From assembly GCA_965197585.1 (NCBI GenBank), contig OZ240215.1, positions 1,888,001-1,952,000 on the forward strand: a DNA stretch of 64,000 nucleotides. Direction: 5' to 3'. Under the pieces are notes generated by a model. That model was not told the DNA's origin. It saw nothing but the letters and a program-made list of their open reading frames with translations, and searched no databases. This DNA is from Dehalococcoidia bacterium (GTDB lineage: Bacteria; Chloroflexota; Dehalococcoidia; Plut-88900). The stretch's first letter is position 1, and every line of letters begins with the position of its first letter. This document shows positions 47,954 to 57,888 of the stretch, piece by piece. Position numbers and translations under genes: made by a program.

Positions 47954-49483
47954 ATGCGTGTAAAGCCCCCATCCCTCGACGCCCTCTCCGAAATCGCAGA
48001 GTCCTATGGATTCGACCTTTCCGAAGAAGACTTGGAGTCCTTCCAGGGCCTCATCTCCCCAATAATGGCCTCCTACGAAAGGCTCGACCAGCTTCCTGAG
48101 CCTGCTCTGCCCGTCAAATACGCCAGAACTCCCGGACACCGCCCCTCCCCCGAGAACAACCCCCTCAACGCCTGGTACTGGCGCAGTGAGATCAAGGGTG
48201 CAGATTCCGGCCCACTGGAAGGCAAAACCGTAGCCATCAAGGACAATGTTTCCGTCGCAGGCGTTCCCATGATGAACGGCACCGCTGTGCTGGAAGGCTA
48301 CGTACCCAACTCCGACGCCACCGTCGTCACCCGCATCCTTGACGCCGGAGGCACCATCCTAGGTAAGGCCGTCTGCGAAAGCATGTGCATCTCCGGCGGC
48401 AGCCACACCTCCGACACGGGCCCTGTCCGAAATCCTTATGACCAGACCCGCAGCGCAGGGGGTTCCTCCAGCGGCAGTGCAGCCCTCGTCGGCGCGGGCG
48501 CAGTCGACATGGCCATTGGCGGTGATCAGGGTGGCTCCATCCGTATACCAGGATGCTGGTGTGGCATCTACGGCCTAAAGCCCACCCACGGCCTCGTCCC
48601 CTACACCGGAATCTTCCCCATTGAGATCACCCTCGACCACACCGGCCCCATGGCCCGTTCCGCCGCAGACTGCGCCCTCCTTCTGGAGGCCATCGCAGGC
48701 CCCGACGGCCTGGACCCGAGGCAGAACGCCAACCTTCAAGCGCAAGCCTATACCCAACTCCTCACTGGAGACGTCTCCAGCCTCCGTATCGGCGTCCTGG
48801 AGGAAGGATTCGGACTAGACGGCCTTTCGGAAGAAGATGTCGACGAAATGAATCGTCAGGCGGCGGTAGGCTTCGAAACCCTTGGCGCAAGCGTAACCAG
48901 CGTTTCAGTCCCTTGGCACAAGGACGGCGTCCACGTTTGGAACGGCATCGGAATCGAGGGGCTCACCCTGCTAATGATCGCCGACAATGGCATGGGCACC
49001 AACTGGAAGGGCCACTATTCCACCGGTCTCCTCGACGCATTCGCCCGAGGCCGCAGAACCCGCGCCAACGACTTCTCCGAGACTGTCAAAATGATCGTCC
49101 TCCTCGGCCAATACCTCCACGACGACTACCACGGCAGGTACTACGCCAAGGCACAGAACCTAGGCCGCAGCCTCAAGGCCGCCTACGACCGGGCTTTCCA
49201 AGACGTCGACCTCCTCCTGATGCCGACCCTCCCCCTCAAGGCGACCAAGATTCCCAGCCCCGACGCTTCCCGGGAAGACTACGTCGCCCGAGCCCTCGAA
49301 ATGATCCCCAACACCGCGCCCTTCGATGTCACGGGCCATCCCGCCATTACCGTGCCCTGCGGCATGTCGGAGGGCCTGCCCGTGGGCATGATGCTGGTCG
49401 GCCGCACCGGCGAGGATGCCACCGTCCTCCGCGCCGCCGACGCCTTCCAACGCAACGTCTACTCCCCCGATTACCCATCCTGA
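47954..49483 (+). CDS. amidase signature family enzyme
   Basis: AIKD, GGSSSGS, GGDQGGSIRIP catalytic motifs; AGGAGG SD. Confidence 0.93.
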   Translation: MRVKPPSLDALSEIAESYGFDLSEEDLESFQGLISPIMASYERLDQLPEPALPVKYARTPGHRPSPENNPLNAWYWRSEIKGADSGPLEGKTVAIKDNVSVAGVPMMNGTAVLEGYVPNSDATVVTRILDAGGTILGKAVCESMCISGGSHTSDTGPVRNPYDQTRSAGGSSSGSAALVGAGAVDMAIGGDQGGSIRIPGCWCGIYGLKPTHGLVPYTGIFPIEITLDHTGPMARSAADCALLLEAIAGPDGLDPRQNANLQAQAYTQLLTGDVSSLRIGVLEEGFGLDGLSEEDVDEMNRQAAVGFETLGASVTSVSVPWHKDGVHVWNGIGIEGLTLLMIADNGMGTNWKGHYSTGLLDAFARGRRTRANDFSETVKMIVLLGQYLHDDYHGRYYAKAQNLGRSLKAAYDRAFQDVDLLLMPTLPLKATKIPSPDASREDYVARALEMIPNTAPFDVTGHPAITVPCGMSEGLPVGMMLVGRTGEDATVLRAADAFQRNVYSPDYPS

Positions 49484-49527
49484 CTACCGCTTCCTTTGTT
49501 CAAAGCCCAGTCCCGGCCAGGTGAATA

Positions 49528-50163
49528 ATGGAGATGAACGAAAGCCAACGTAGGCTCGCTGACGCCTACGCCATCAAGAACGAGCGCCAGCTCGTGGAGC
49601 AGTACGACTCCTGGGCCACCGACTACGATGCCGACCTCGCCGCCTGCGGCTATCGCATGCCTCCGGTCATCAGCGGCTTGGTGGTAAGGCATTTCCCCGA
49701 CACAACAGCCCCAATCCTGGACGCCGGGTCGGGCACGGGGATCCTCGGCGAGGCCCTTCACGTGCTCGGCTACTCCGACATCATCGCCATCGACCTCTCC
49801 GCCGGAATGCTGCAAGTCGCTGCGGGCAAGGGAATCTACCGTGCCACCCGACAAATGACCCTCGGAGAACCCCTGGATTTCCCTAACGGTTACTTTTCCG
49901 GTGTCGTGGCGATGGGTGTCCTCACCGTAGGTCACGCTCCGCCATCGTCTTTGGATGAGTTGGTAAGGATAACCAAGCCTGGCGGCACCATCGTATTCAG
50001 TATGCTCCACCAGGAACCCGTAGAGACCGAGTTCAGGGTTAAGCAGGACGACTTGGAACGCCGAGGCTTATGGCGCCTGATCGAGGAAATCCCACCCTTC
50101 CAGAGTCTCCCCTACGGCGAACCCGACGTCTCACACAAAGCCTACGTGTACAGAGTCCTCTAA
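49528..50163 (+). CDS. class I SAM-dependent methyltransferase
   Basis: YDSWATDYD, ILDAGSGTG, IDLSAGML, KPGG. Confidence 0.88.
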   Translation: MEMNESQRRLADAYAIKNERQLVEQYDSWATDYDADLAACGYRMPPVISGLVVRHFPDTTAPILDAGSGTGILGEALHVLGYSDIIAIDLSAGMLQVAAGKGIYRATRQMTLGEPLDFPNGYFSGVVAMGVLTVGHAPPSSLDELVRITKPGGTIVFSMLHQEPVETEFRVKQDDLERRGLWRLIEEIPPFQSLPYGEPDVSHKAYVYRVL

Positions 50164-50174
50164 GGTCCCTAGCA

Positions 50175-51167
50175 TCAGCCCCCTAAAACCGCCCCCGCAA
50201 AGCTCCTCATAATCTCCTCGATAGTGGGATATGGCCCCCCGGCCCCTGGCAGTGTGATCACCACCTCCCCAATCTCCGGCATCTCTGCAAGCGCTACGAC
50301 CTTCTCCCTAACCTCCTGAGCATCCCCCGCCACGGTAAACCTGTCTATGAACGGATCGAGCCCCGGAATCAGCTCAGCATCTCCTCCGCTCAGGCTTGCA
50401 AGGTTGTAGTCCCTCTTGAACACCTCGATAGCCTGGCGGTCTTCTTCGCTGTATCGGCTCGTGTCCACCATTTTCAACATCGTCAGCACCCGACCCTGCA
50501 CGTGCGCCCGAGCCACGGCCCGGTCCTCCGCCAGCGATGTGATAACCCACGCCACCTTCTCCATTTCTCCCGGATTTCTCCCCGCCTCAGACTCCCCCTC
50601 TTTAACTAGCTCCAATCCCTGCCTGACCTGAGACGGCACGGCCCCGTAATGGAGCAGCACCCCGTCCGCCACCCGACCCGCTGACCTGGTAATCCTAGGA
50701 CCCGACACCGCGAAATAGATCGGTATCCCCGTGGGTTCCTCTAGGTACGCAATCCCTCCCCTCACCCCCCGCCCGAACTCCACATCCTCCCCCGACAGCA
50801 GGCCCCTGACTTTCTCTACGTATCCCTCCAATGACGCGATCGTAGACCTCTTCGCCCCGATACTATTCACCAATGTGTTCCCAACACTCATCCCTAGTAT
50901 CAACCGGCCCGGAGCAATGTCGTGCAGCGTGGCAAATGCCCCCGCCGTCACGCTCGCATGCCTTGTCCGCGGTGCCGTAACCCCTGCCGCCAGCTTGATC
51001 CGGGACGTGGCCAGGGCACATGCCGTCAACGTCACATACAGCTCCCGGCAGTTCAGCTGCGAGTCGATCATCCACACGCTCTCGTAGCCCAAATCCTCGG
51101 CCAGCTTCACCTGCTCCACCACCCGAGGCAGTGGCTGGTTGCTCACAATCCCGACGCCGTATTTCAT
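50175..51167 (-). CDS. LLM-class oxidoreductase (Mer-like)
   Basis: AEDLGYESVWMIDSQ, TSRIKLAAGVTAP, SGPR..AGRVADG. Confidence 0.88.
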   Translation of the reverse strand: MKYGVGIVSNQPLPRVVEQVKLAEDLGYESVWMIDSQLNCRELYVTLTACALATSRIKLAAGVTAPRTRHASVTAGAFATLHDIAPGRLILGMSVGNTLVNSIGAKRSTIASLEGYVEKVRGLLSGEDVEFGRGVRGGIAYLEEPTGIPIYFAVSGPRITRSAGRVADGVLLHYGAVPSQVRQGLELVKEGESEAGRNPGEMEKVAWVITSLAEDRAVARAHVQGRVLTMLKMVDTSRYSEEDRQAIEVFKRDYNLASLSGGDAELIPGLDPFIDRFTVAGDAQEVREKVVALAEMPEIGEVVITLPGAGGPYPTIEEIMRSFAGAVLGG

Positions 51168-51281
51168 GAATTTCCTCTACCTAATAGATGGGGTTTCGAA
51201 CGTCGTCCTCGCGGACATATACGGCATGATTATAGAGGTTAGGAAAAAGAAAGGAGCGAGACTTGGTGGCCTGCCCCGGCC

Positions 51282-52394
51282 CTACATGTCCCGGTAGACG
51301 GCTAACCCTTCGGCCAGCTTGTCGGAGCGCTCCAACCCGACATACCTTGCGTTCTGCAGGTACGTCCTCACAAAATCACCTAGAAGACTTCCGACTCTCT
51401 TCATCCCTGTCCGCACGCCTTCCACCCCGTGGCCCATGATTACGCCCAGAGACTCGGGCAGCACCGGGTCTTTCAGGTCCCTCACCATCTGCGCCTCCGC
51501 GATGTCGAGCACCCGCTGGAACACCCTCTCCTTGCCGGGCTGCTGGGAGTAGGAGTATTTGATATGCGCAAGGCCGTAAGTCAGGTGTCTCGCATTGTCC
51601 TGTAGGCACCGGGCAAAGATAGCCTTCTCCGCCGGGTTGTGGGCATACATCTCACCGTACCGGTATAGAGTCTGAGTGAACGACCCCCTAAGCACGTGCA
51701 GGAACAAGCTCGCCGAAGTCCAGTCATTGTTGCTCTGCAGTATGACCCTGTCGACTTCCCCCCGGCTCTCGAGACCCAGGCCCCCGCTGTTGCTCAAGGC
51801 CCTCTTCCGGAATACGTCAAAGTGCCGTGCCGCGTCGAACACCTCAGAGGCCAGGAAGACTTTGACTTCGTGGTAGCCATACGACATTTGCTGGATCCAC
51901 CCTGCCACAACCTCGTACTCCACGTTGGCCTGTTGACACAGCTCCGTACAGAGCTGGCACATAGCCCTTTCCACATCGTCAGGTAGCGGCTCGATGGTGT
52001 TCCACGGGATGTCGGTCGCCGGGACCCAGCGCTTCTGGATCGCCTCCTCGTACAGGTCGGCAGCGTTGTCGGCCCACAGTTCGCGCTTATGCCGCAGGGT
52101 GATGTTTGCTACGAAAGGGCGTTCCACCCCGGGGTGCGCACCGCGAAGGGCCCGCGTCCTGTCCTCGTGGTACTCAGGGATTTGGCCGTAGATCCCAACA
52201 TTCAGGGACCCGAGAGTCAGCCCCTTCTTACCCGGCTTGACCCTGATCCCCCACTCGAGATTCTCCTGCATCCAGTCCAGCGACAGGTCAGGGGCAGCAG
52301 TTTCTTCCTCTTCGACTATCTCCTGGAGGATGCGTCGGTGCTTCCTGACACCCTCCGGCTGCTGGGGCTCGGATTTCTCGTCATTTGTTGGCAT
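51282..52394 (-). CDS. ferritin-like protein with degenerate diiron motifs (putative structural beta subunit)
   Basis: Paralog of the upstream gene (LYEEAxQxxW..ATDIPW.TIEPLPDD; RHxDVFRKRAL) but with DAARH and DNARH; ATG 52394 preferred. Confidence 0.75.
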   Translation of the reverse strand: MPTNDEKSEPQQPEGVRKHRRILQEIVEEEETAAPDLSLDWMQENLEWGIRVKPGKKGLTLGSLNVGIYGQIPEYHEDRTRALRGAHPGVERPFVANITLRHKRELWADNAADLYEEAIQKRWVPATDIPWNTIEPLPDDVERAMCQLCTELCQQANVEYEVVAGWIQQMSYGYHEVKVFLASEVFDAARHFDVFRKRALSNSGGLGLESRGEVDRVILQSNNDWTSASLFLHVLRGSFTQTLYRYGEMYAHNPAEKAIFARCLQDNARHLTYGLAHIKYSYSQQPGKERVFQRVLDIAEAQMVRDLKDPVLPESLGVIMGHGVEGVRTGMKRVGSLLGDFVRTYLQNARYVGLERSDKLAEGLAVYRDM

Positions 52395-52484
52395 ATATGC
52401 CTTCTCTGGGCTGGGCTGCAGACCCGGATACATCGGCCAACTGCCGACTTGCGAACGCAATTGCGGCCTTAGGGCCGAGGGCTA

Positions 52485-53579
52485 TCAGTTGCGAAGCAGC
52501 TTCAGGACCTCGGGGTGCGCTCGACCGTTGGTGAAACGCTCCTCGAACCCCGCCGATTTCACCCTTTGCACCCACTCCCGCATCTGCCGACGGTTGATCG
52601 CCATCAACAGCCGCCATCCCTCGTCCACCTTGTCCTTGCCACCGCCAAGCAGTACCGCCATTGACGCCGTGCTTGCTCGGTCCGTTCCAGCAGACCCAAC
52701 CGCAGAACCCTCGAACAGGTACTCTTCACCCTCGTCCAGGTAAGTCTGCATCTCTTCTCGGCGTTCCGGCTCCGTCTGGCCTATGTAGCGCATGTGCATG
52801 ATGCCGAAGGCCACGTGCCGAGACTCGTCCTGTGCTGCGAGCCGGTACATCCGCTTCTCGGCTTCGTTCTTCGCCAGCAACTCTCCAGTGCGGAAAATCG
52901 TCAACACCGGGGACTCCCCGATTACGTGCACACGGGCCGACATCTCCGAGAAGTCCCTCGCCATGTCGATGCTGACCACGCCGCCGCCCATCGTGTCGTC
53001 CGAGGCTCGCATTAGGCCCCCGCCGTTTACCAGGGCTCGCTTGCGGAACACGTCCAGGTGCCGTGCCTCATCCATCATCTGCGTCATCAGGAACATCCGG
53101 GTCTCCAGGTAGTCGGGGCTGATGCTCGCAACCCACCGACCAGGAATATCCGCAGCAACAAACTCAATCTCGCTCAGGAAGGTCGTGAACTGACACGCTG
53201 CCCGTTCGATATCGTCAGGCAGGGGCTCAATCGTCTCCCAGGGTATATCCGTCGCCGAACTCCACTGCCGCTGAAGCGCCTCCTCGTACAGGCCACCGGC
53301 GTTCTTCAGCCAAACGTCCTGCTTGGAGTTCACGTAGTAAGCGCCGCTTCTGTAGTTCCAGTCCCTCGCCGCCGACCCCCTCTGCCGCCCGGACCGGATG
53401 GAGCTGCTCTCCGGGGCGTCTCCGTAGGACTCCATTTGGATGTCTTCCAGGGTCAACCCGCGCTTGCCGGGTGTGGCTGTCATACCCCACTGACCCTTGG
53501 ATTCCATCCAGCCCAATTGGGGTTCGTAGTTCTCGTCGTAAATTACGCCCGGACCCGCGGAAATGGTGGTGTTCGGCAT
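52485..53579 (-). CDS. ferritin-like diiron protein with complete ligand set (putative catalytic alpha subunit)
   Basis: E (SEIE)...DEARH...E (IGES)...DESRH spacing of carboxylate-bridged diiron enzymes. Confidence 0.8.
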   Translation of the reverse strand: MPNTTISAGPGVIYDENYEPQLGWMESKGQWGMTATPGKRGLTLEDIQMESYGDAPESSSIRSGRQRGSAARDWNYRSGAYYVNSKQDVWLKNAGGLYEEALQRQWSSATDIPWETIEPLPDDIERAACQFTTFLSEIEFVAADIPGRWVASISPDYLETRMFLMTQMMDEARHLDVFRKRALVNGGGLMRASDDTMGGGVVSIDMARDFSEMSARVHVIGESPVLTIFRTGELLAKNEAEKRMYRLAAQDESRHVAFGIMHMRYIGQTEPERREEMQTYLDEGEEYLFEGSAVGSAGTDRASTASMAVLLGGGKDKVDEGWRLLMAINRRQMREWVQRVKSAGFEERFTNGRAHPEVLKLLRN

Positions 53580-53775
53580 GTCGATTCCCCCTGAGAGCCG
53601 CTATTCTATCCGAGACCTATATACCACGCTCAATATAATTCCCCATCCGAGCCCGTGTCAAACCGGATCGACTTTGCAGTAAGCGCAATACCTTGCACAT
53701 GGTACAATCCAGCCCTTCACACCGACACCCGTAGCCCATTCGAGACTCGGATAAGCTAGCAGAGGAATTTGCGAC

Positions 53776-56601
53776 ATGACTACCACAGCTCCCATTTCTC
53801 TCAACGTCAACGGTGCAACCCACACCGTTGAAGCATCGCCTGACAGCACCCTTTTGGATGTCCTGAGAAATGACCTTGACTTAATCGGGGCAAAGCAGGC
53901 CTGTGACGTTGGTGAATGTGGTAGTTGCATAGTCATGTTCGGCGGCAAGGGCGTCATGTCATGCCTCCTCCCCGCCAGGCGGGCTCAGAACAAGCCAATT
54001 GTCACTATAGAAGGATTAGCTGACTGGCACTCTGAATCAGAGGACTCCCCAGCATCTGAAACCACTGACCTCCACCCCCTCCAACAGGCCTTCATAGACC
54101 TGGGCGCCTCCCAGTGTGGCTACTGCATACCGGGAATCATCATGGAAGCCTCGGTCCTCCTGGCCAAAAATTCCAACCCTACCCGAGACGACGTAGTCAA
54201 ACGGCTATCCCGTAACATCTGCCGCTGCACCGGCTACGTCAAGGTGGTCGAGGCAGTCCTTGGTGCGGCAGACGCCATTCGTAGCGGCACGCTGACCATG
54301 AAGGAAGCATCCAATGGTGGACCGACGGTCGGGGCCAGCATGACCCGGGTCGACGATAGGGAAAAAGTGACCGGAGAGGCCCGTTATGCCGCCGACCTCA
54401 AGATGACTGGCGTCCTTCACGCCAAGGTCCTTCGCAGCAAGGTCCACCACGCCCGTATAATCTCTATCGACACCACTGCCGCCGAGGCCGTTGCAGGTGT
54501 TGAAGCCGTCGTCACTGCAAAGGACATTCCCGGCGCCCCGGAGATGCCCAACGCTAAACCGCAGCGCTTCCTATTTCCCTCGGACAAAATCAGGTTCATG
54601 GGCGAGGCCCTAGCCGCTGTAGCCGCTGACACAGAGGAAGCCGCAGAGGAGGCTCTATCCAAGATAGTGGTTGACTTTGAAGAGCTCCCTCCGGTCCTCG
54701 ACTTCCGAAAAGCAGATGACCCCCAAGCTCCTCTGATCAATCCCCCCGAGCCGAATACCGTTATTTCCAGAAGAGTCATCTCAGGCGATGCCAAGGCAGC
54801 TATGGAAAAAGCCGACGTTGTGGTCCGGAACACCTTCTCCACCCCCCGCTGGGAACACTTCTACATGGAACCCGAGGCGGGTCTTGGTTATATCGACGAT
54901 GACGATCGTATATTCCTGAACTTCCCTTCTCACGAACCCTTCGAGGGTCACGACTTCGTAGCGAGTATGCTTAACCTGGACCGCGACCGCATCAGAATAT
55001 TCTGCCCGACAATGGGTGGAAATTTCGGCGGTCGGGAAGACTACATGCTGGTCGGGGTATTGGCCTTGCTGGTACACAAGACCCGAAAGCCTGTGAGGCT
55101 GGTCTTCACCAGGGAGGAATCCCTGCTGGGCTCCTCCAAGTGGTTCGGCTTTTATGTTGACTGCACCACCGGCGCAACCAAGGATGGAAAACTCGTCGCT
55201 ATTGACTCCCATGTGCTGGTAGACGGTGGAAATTGGAGCCACGAGCCGGGTCAGGAGATTAACGACTGTGTGGGCCGAAACGTCTACTTCCTCACCGGTC
55301 CTTACCTCGTCCCCGAAGTCCGCATCGAGACCAGCGAGGCATGCACCAATAGCGGCCGTGCTATACCCATCAGGGGTATAACCAGCATTAACGCCGCCCT
55401 CGTCCACGAAAGCCAGATGGACATCCTCGCCGAAAAGCTGGGCATGGACAAGCTGGACATCAGGATCAAGAACGCCCTCCAGGTCGGCGACACCCTCCAC
55501 ACTGGAATGTTACTTGAGGAGAGCGTGGAGGTTAAGGCGACCCTGGAACAGTCCAAAGGCCCCTATGCTGAGGCCCGCGCCCGAGCCCAGGCCTCCCCAC
55601 CCCCCGCTCCGTGGCAGAGAGGCGTGGGCATTGGGACCGGTTGGAGAGCTGTAGGCGTCGGCGGCACATATTCCGCCGCCGCCGATTTGTTGGAATCGGG
55701 GAAGGTGCAAGTGTTGGTGGGAGCAGTCGAGAAGGGCCAGGGGAGCAGGACCGCCATGGCGCAGATCGCCGCGCAAGAGCTCGGCTTGCCTCTCGACGCC
55801 ATTGAAGTGGTCATGGGCGACACCATTGCCGCTCCCTACCATCACATAACCGCTTCCCAGGGTACTATCACTCTCGTAGGCGGCGCAGTCCAACAGGCCT
55901 CGAAAGCACTGAAGAAGGCGCTTTTAGAAGTCGCTTCCGAGGTCCTTGAAGACACCCCCGAGAACATCAAGTGTTCCGGCGGACGTGTCTCCTCCACCCG
56001 GGCCCCGGGAGAGCAACTCTCCTTCCAGGAGCTCGCCCGACACCTCGAGACCAAAGGCCTCCCCACCAAGTACGAAGGCTCGTTCGCCTTTAAGTTTGCC
56101 AAGACCTACAGCGAAAAGTCCGGCCTGCAGGCCTTCGACCCGGTAAACGGCCAAGGGTCCAACTGCGACATCTTTGCATACGCCACCTGTCTCACCGAGC
56201 TGGACGTCAACACGGAAACCGGCCAGGTCAAGGTCAACCGCGTTACCTACGTCGCCGACTCCGGCAAGATCATCCATCCCCTCAGCTTCGAAGGACAGTG
56301 TCAGGGAGGCGTTGTCTACGGTCTGGGTCTGGCCTTGAGCGAAGAATACATCCCCGGAGAGACCCGTACCATCAAGGACTACGGCCTTACCTCCATCCGT
56401 GAGGCGCCCGTAGAAATTGATGTCATCACCGTCGAAGGAAGCTATTCCCAAGGGCCCTTCGGGGCCAAGGGTGGCGGCGAAATGAGCGACGTTCCCATCG
56501 TCGGGGCCATCATCAACGGCATCGCCGACGCCACCGGCGCCCGAGTCTACGATCTCCCCGCCACCCCCGAAAGAGTCCTGGAGGCCTTGGCCCGAGGCTA
56601 G
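53776..56601 (+). CDS. xanthine/aldehyde oxidoreductase family Mo-hydroxylase with fused 2x[2Fe-2S] domain
   Basis: CDVGECGSC, QCGYC, ICRCTGY, GGNFGG, EKGQG, KGGGE. Confidence 0.92.
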   Translation: MTTTAPISLNVNGATHTVEASPDSTLLDVLRNDLDLIGAKQACDVGECGSCIVMFGGKGVMSCLLPARRAQNKPIVTIEGLADWHSESEDSPASETTDLHPLQQAFIDLGASQCGYCIPGIIMEASVLLAKNSNPTRDDVVKRLSRNICRCTGYVKVVEAVLGAADAIRSGTLTMKEASNGGPTVGASMTRVDDREKVTGEARYAADLKMTGVLHAKVLRSKVHHARIISIDTTAAEAVAGVEAVVTAKDIPGAPEMPNAKPQRFLFPSDKIRFMGEALAAVAADTEEAAEEALSKIVVDFEELPPVLDFRKADDPQAPLINPPEPNTVISRRVISGDAKAAMEKADVVVRNTFSTPRWEHFYMEPEAGLGYIDDDDRIFLNFPSHEPFEGHDFVASMLNLDRDRIRIFCPTMGGNFGGREDYMLVGVLALLVHKTRKPVRLVFTREESLLGSSKWFGFYVDCTTGATKDGKLVAIDSHVLVDGGNWSHEPGQEINDCVGRNVYFLTGPYLVPEVRIETSEACTNSGRAIPIRGITSINAALVHESQMDILAEKLGMDKLDIRIKNALQVGDTLHTGMLLEESVEVKATLEQSKGPYAEARARAQASPPPAPWQRGVGIGTGWRAVGVGGTYSAAADLLESGKVQVLVGAVEKGQGSRTAMAQIAAQELGLPLDAIEVVMGDTIAAPYHHITASQGTITLVGGAVQQASKALKKALLEVASEVLEDTPENIKCSGGRVSSTRAPGEQLSFQELARHLETKGLPTKYEGSFAFKFAKTYSEKSGLQAFDPVNGQGSNCDIFAYATCLTELDVNTETGQVKVNRVTYVADSGKIIHPLSFEGQCQGGVVYGLGLALSEEYIPGETRTIKDYGLTSIREAPVEIDVITVEGSYSQGPFGAKGGGEMSDVPIVGAIINGIADATGARVYDLPATPERVLEALARG

Positions 56602-56623
56602 GCCTCACCCTCTCGGTAAAATA

Positions 56624-57853
56624 GTGAGAACCCTTCTGGCGATCCGGGACAAGCGGGCCTATGGCTGGGCCGTCCTGGTCTCCTTCACTATCAACTACGC
56701 CTTAGTCGTAGTTGTCTTCATGACCCTGGGCCTGCTTCTCCCGGATATCAGAGAGGACCTCGGCATCGACGTTCGGGGAGCCGGCTGGCTCGCCTCGTCT
56801 CTCCTTATAGCCAACCTCTTCCTCGAAATACCTCTGAACTGGGTGTTGTCCAAGTTCCGGCCCTGGAGGGTGGCCACCATCGCCTTCCTTGGCACGCTGG
56901 CTATGGTCTTCCTTCATTCCTTCTCCCCTACCTTCACCATCTTGGTTATCGCCAGGGTGGGCCTGGGAGTCTTCTACCTCTCAACCCAGCCACCCAGGAC
57001 TCTTCTAATCCTCATGTGGCTCCCCAAGAAGAGCGTAGGGCTCGCCAACGGTATGCTTTTTGGCATAATGGCCCTCTTCGAGGGAGCCGGCTTCATCCTG
57101 ATCCCACAAATCAATGACTGGACGGGCGGCTGGCGAGAGACCCTCTTCGTGTGGGCCATCCTATGTGCCGCCGGGACCCTCGTCTGGACTATAGTTGGGG
57201 TCGATCGCAAGTCCTTGCAGCTTGAGCCCGGCCCCGATCCCCCTCCCCAGTACGTCAATCCTCTCCGCTCTCTCCTGAAGTACAAGGAACCTTGGTTCCT
57301 GGGCCTCGGTCTTTCCGCAGGCATCGCAGGCAGGTTGGCCTTCGACACTTGGTGGCCTACCTTCGCCGAAAACACCTATGGGATCGAAAAAACGGCAGCA
57401 GGTCAGGTTCTTGCTGTGATCTCAGTTTCCGGGTTTCCTTCTTCCCTGGGCCTGTCCGCAATACCCTATCTTGTACGCAAGCCTGCACTAGCCTTGATCG
57501 CCGCAGGTATGATGCTTGCAGGCAGTTACATAGCCATGCTCTTCACCGGGTCGCTTCTTTACCTGTTCCTCCTGGCCTTGATAAACGGCTTCGCTTTTGG
57601 ATTTTTTCCCCTGATGATGGCATCCTTCTACAACTTGCGCGGCATCCAACCGAGAGACCTGGCCGTTGTCGTGGCCCTCGTCTACACCATTATGTGGGGT
57701 GGCGCCGCCATCGGACCCGTCCTCTCAGGTTTCATTGCCGGCAACGACGAAAACCTGCGGCAGGGTATCTTGGTGTTATGCTTTGGACCGCTTGGCATCT
57801 CCCTCTCCGGCCTGTGGCTAATGCTTCGCCGCCCACCCGAGGCCCTGCCCTAA
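56624..57853 (+). CDS. MFS transporter
   Basis: About 12 hydrophobic segments; ARVGLG; paralog of 57889 and 62258. Confidence 0.85.
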   Translation: MRTLLAIRDKRAYGWAVLVSFTINYALVVVVFMTLGLLLPDIREDLGIDVRGAGWLASSLLIANLFLEIPLNWVLSKFRPWRVATIAFLGTLAMVFLHSFSPTFTILVIARVGLGVFYLSTQPPRTLLILMWLPKKSVGLANGMLFGIMALFEGAGFILIPQINDWTGGWRETLFVWAILCAAGTLVWTIVGVDRKSLQLEPGPDPPPQYVNPLRSLLKYKEPWFLGLGLSAGIAGRLAFDTWWPTFAENTYGIEKTAAGQVLAVISVSGFPSSLGLSAIPYLVRKPALALIAAGMMLAGSYIAMLFTGSLLYLFLLALINGFAFGFFPLMMASFYNLRGIQPRDLAVVVALVYTIMWGGAAIGPVLSGFIAGNDENLRQGILVLCFGPLGISLSGLWLMLRRPPEALP

Positions 57854-57888
57854 CCTGATACTGATATGCTGGACACCACCTAAAGCTA

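Noticed and set aside
53776-56601. Selenocysteine-containing Mo enzyme
   Set aside because: The frame is uninterrupted with no in-frame TGA.
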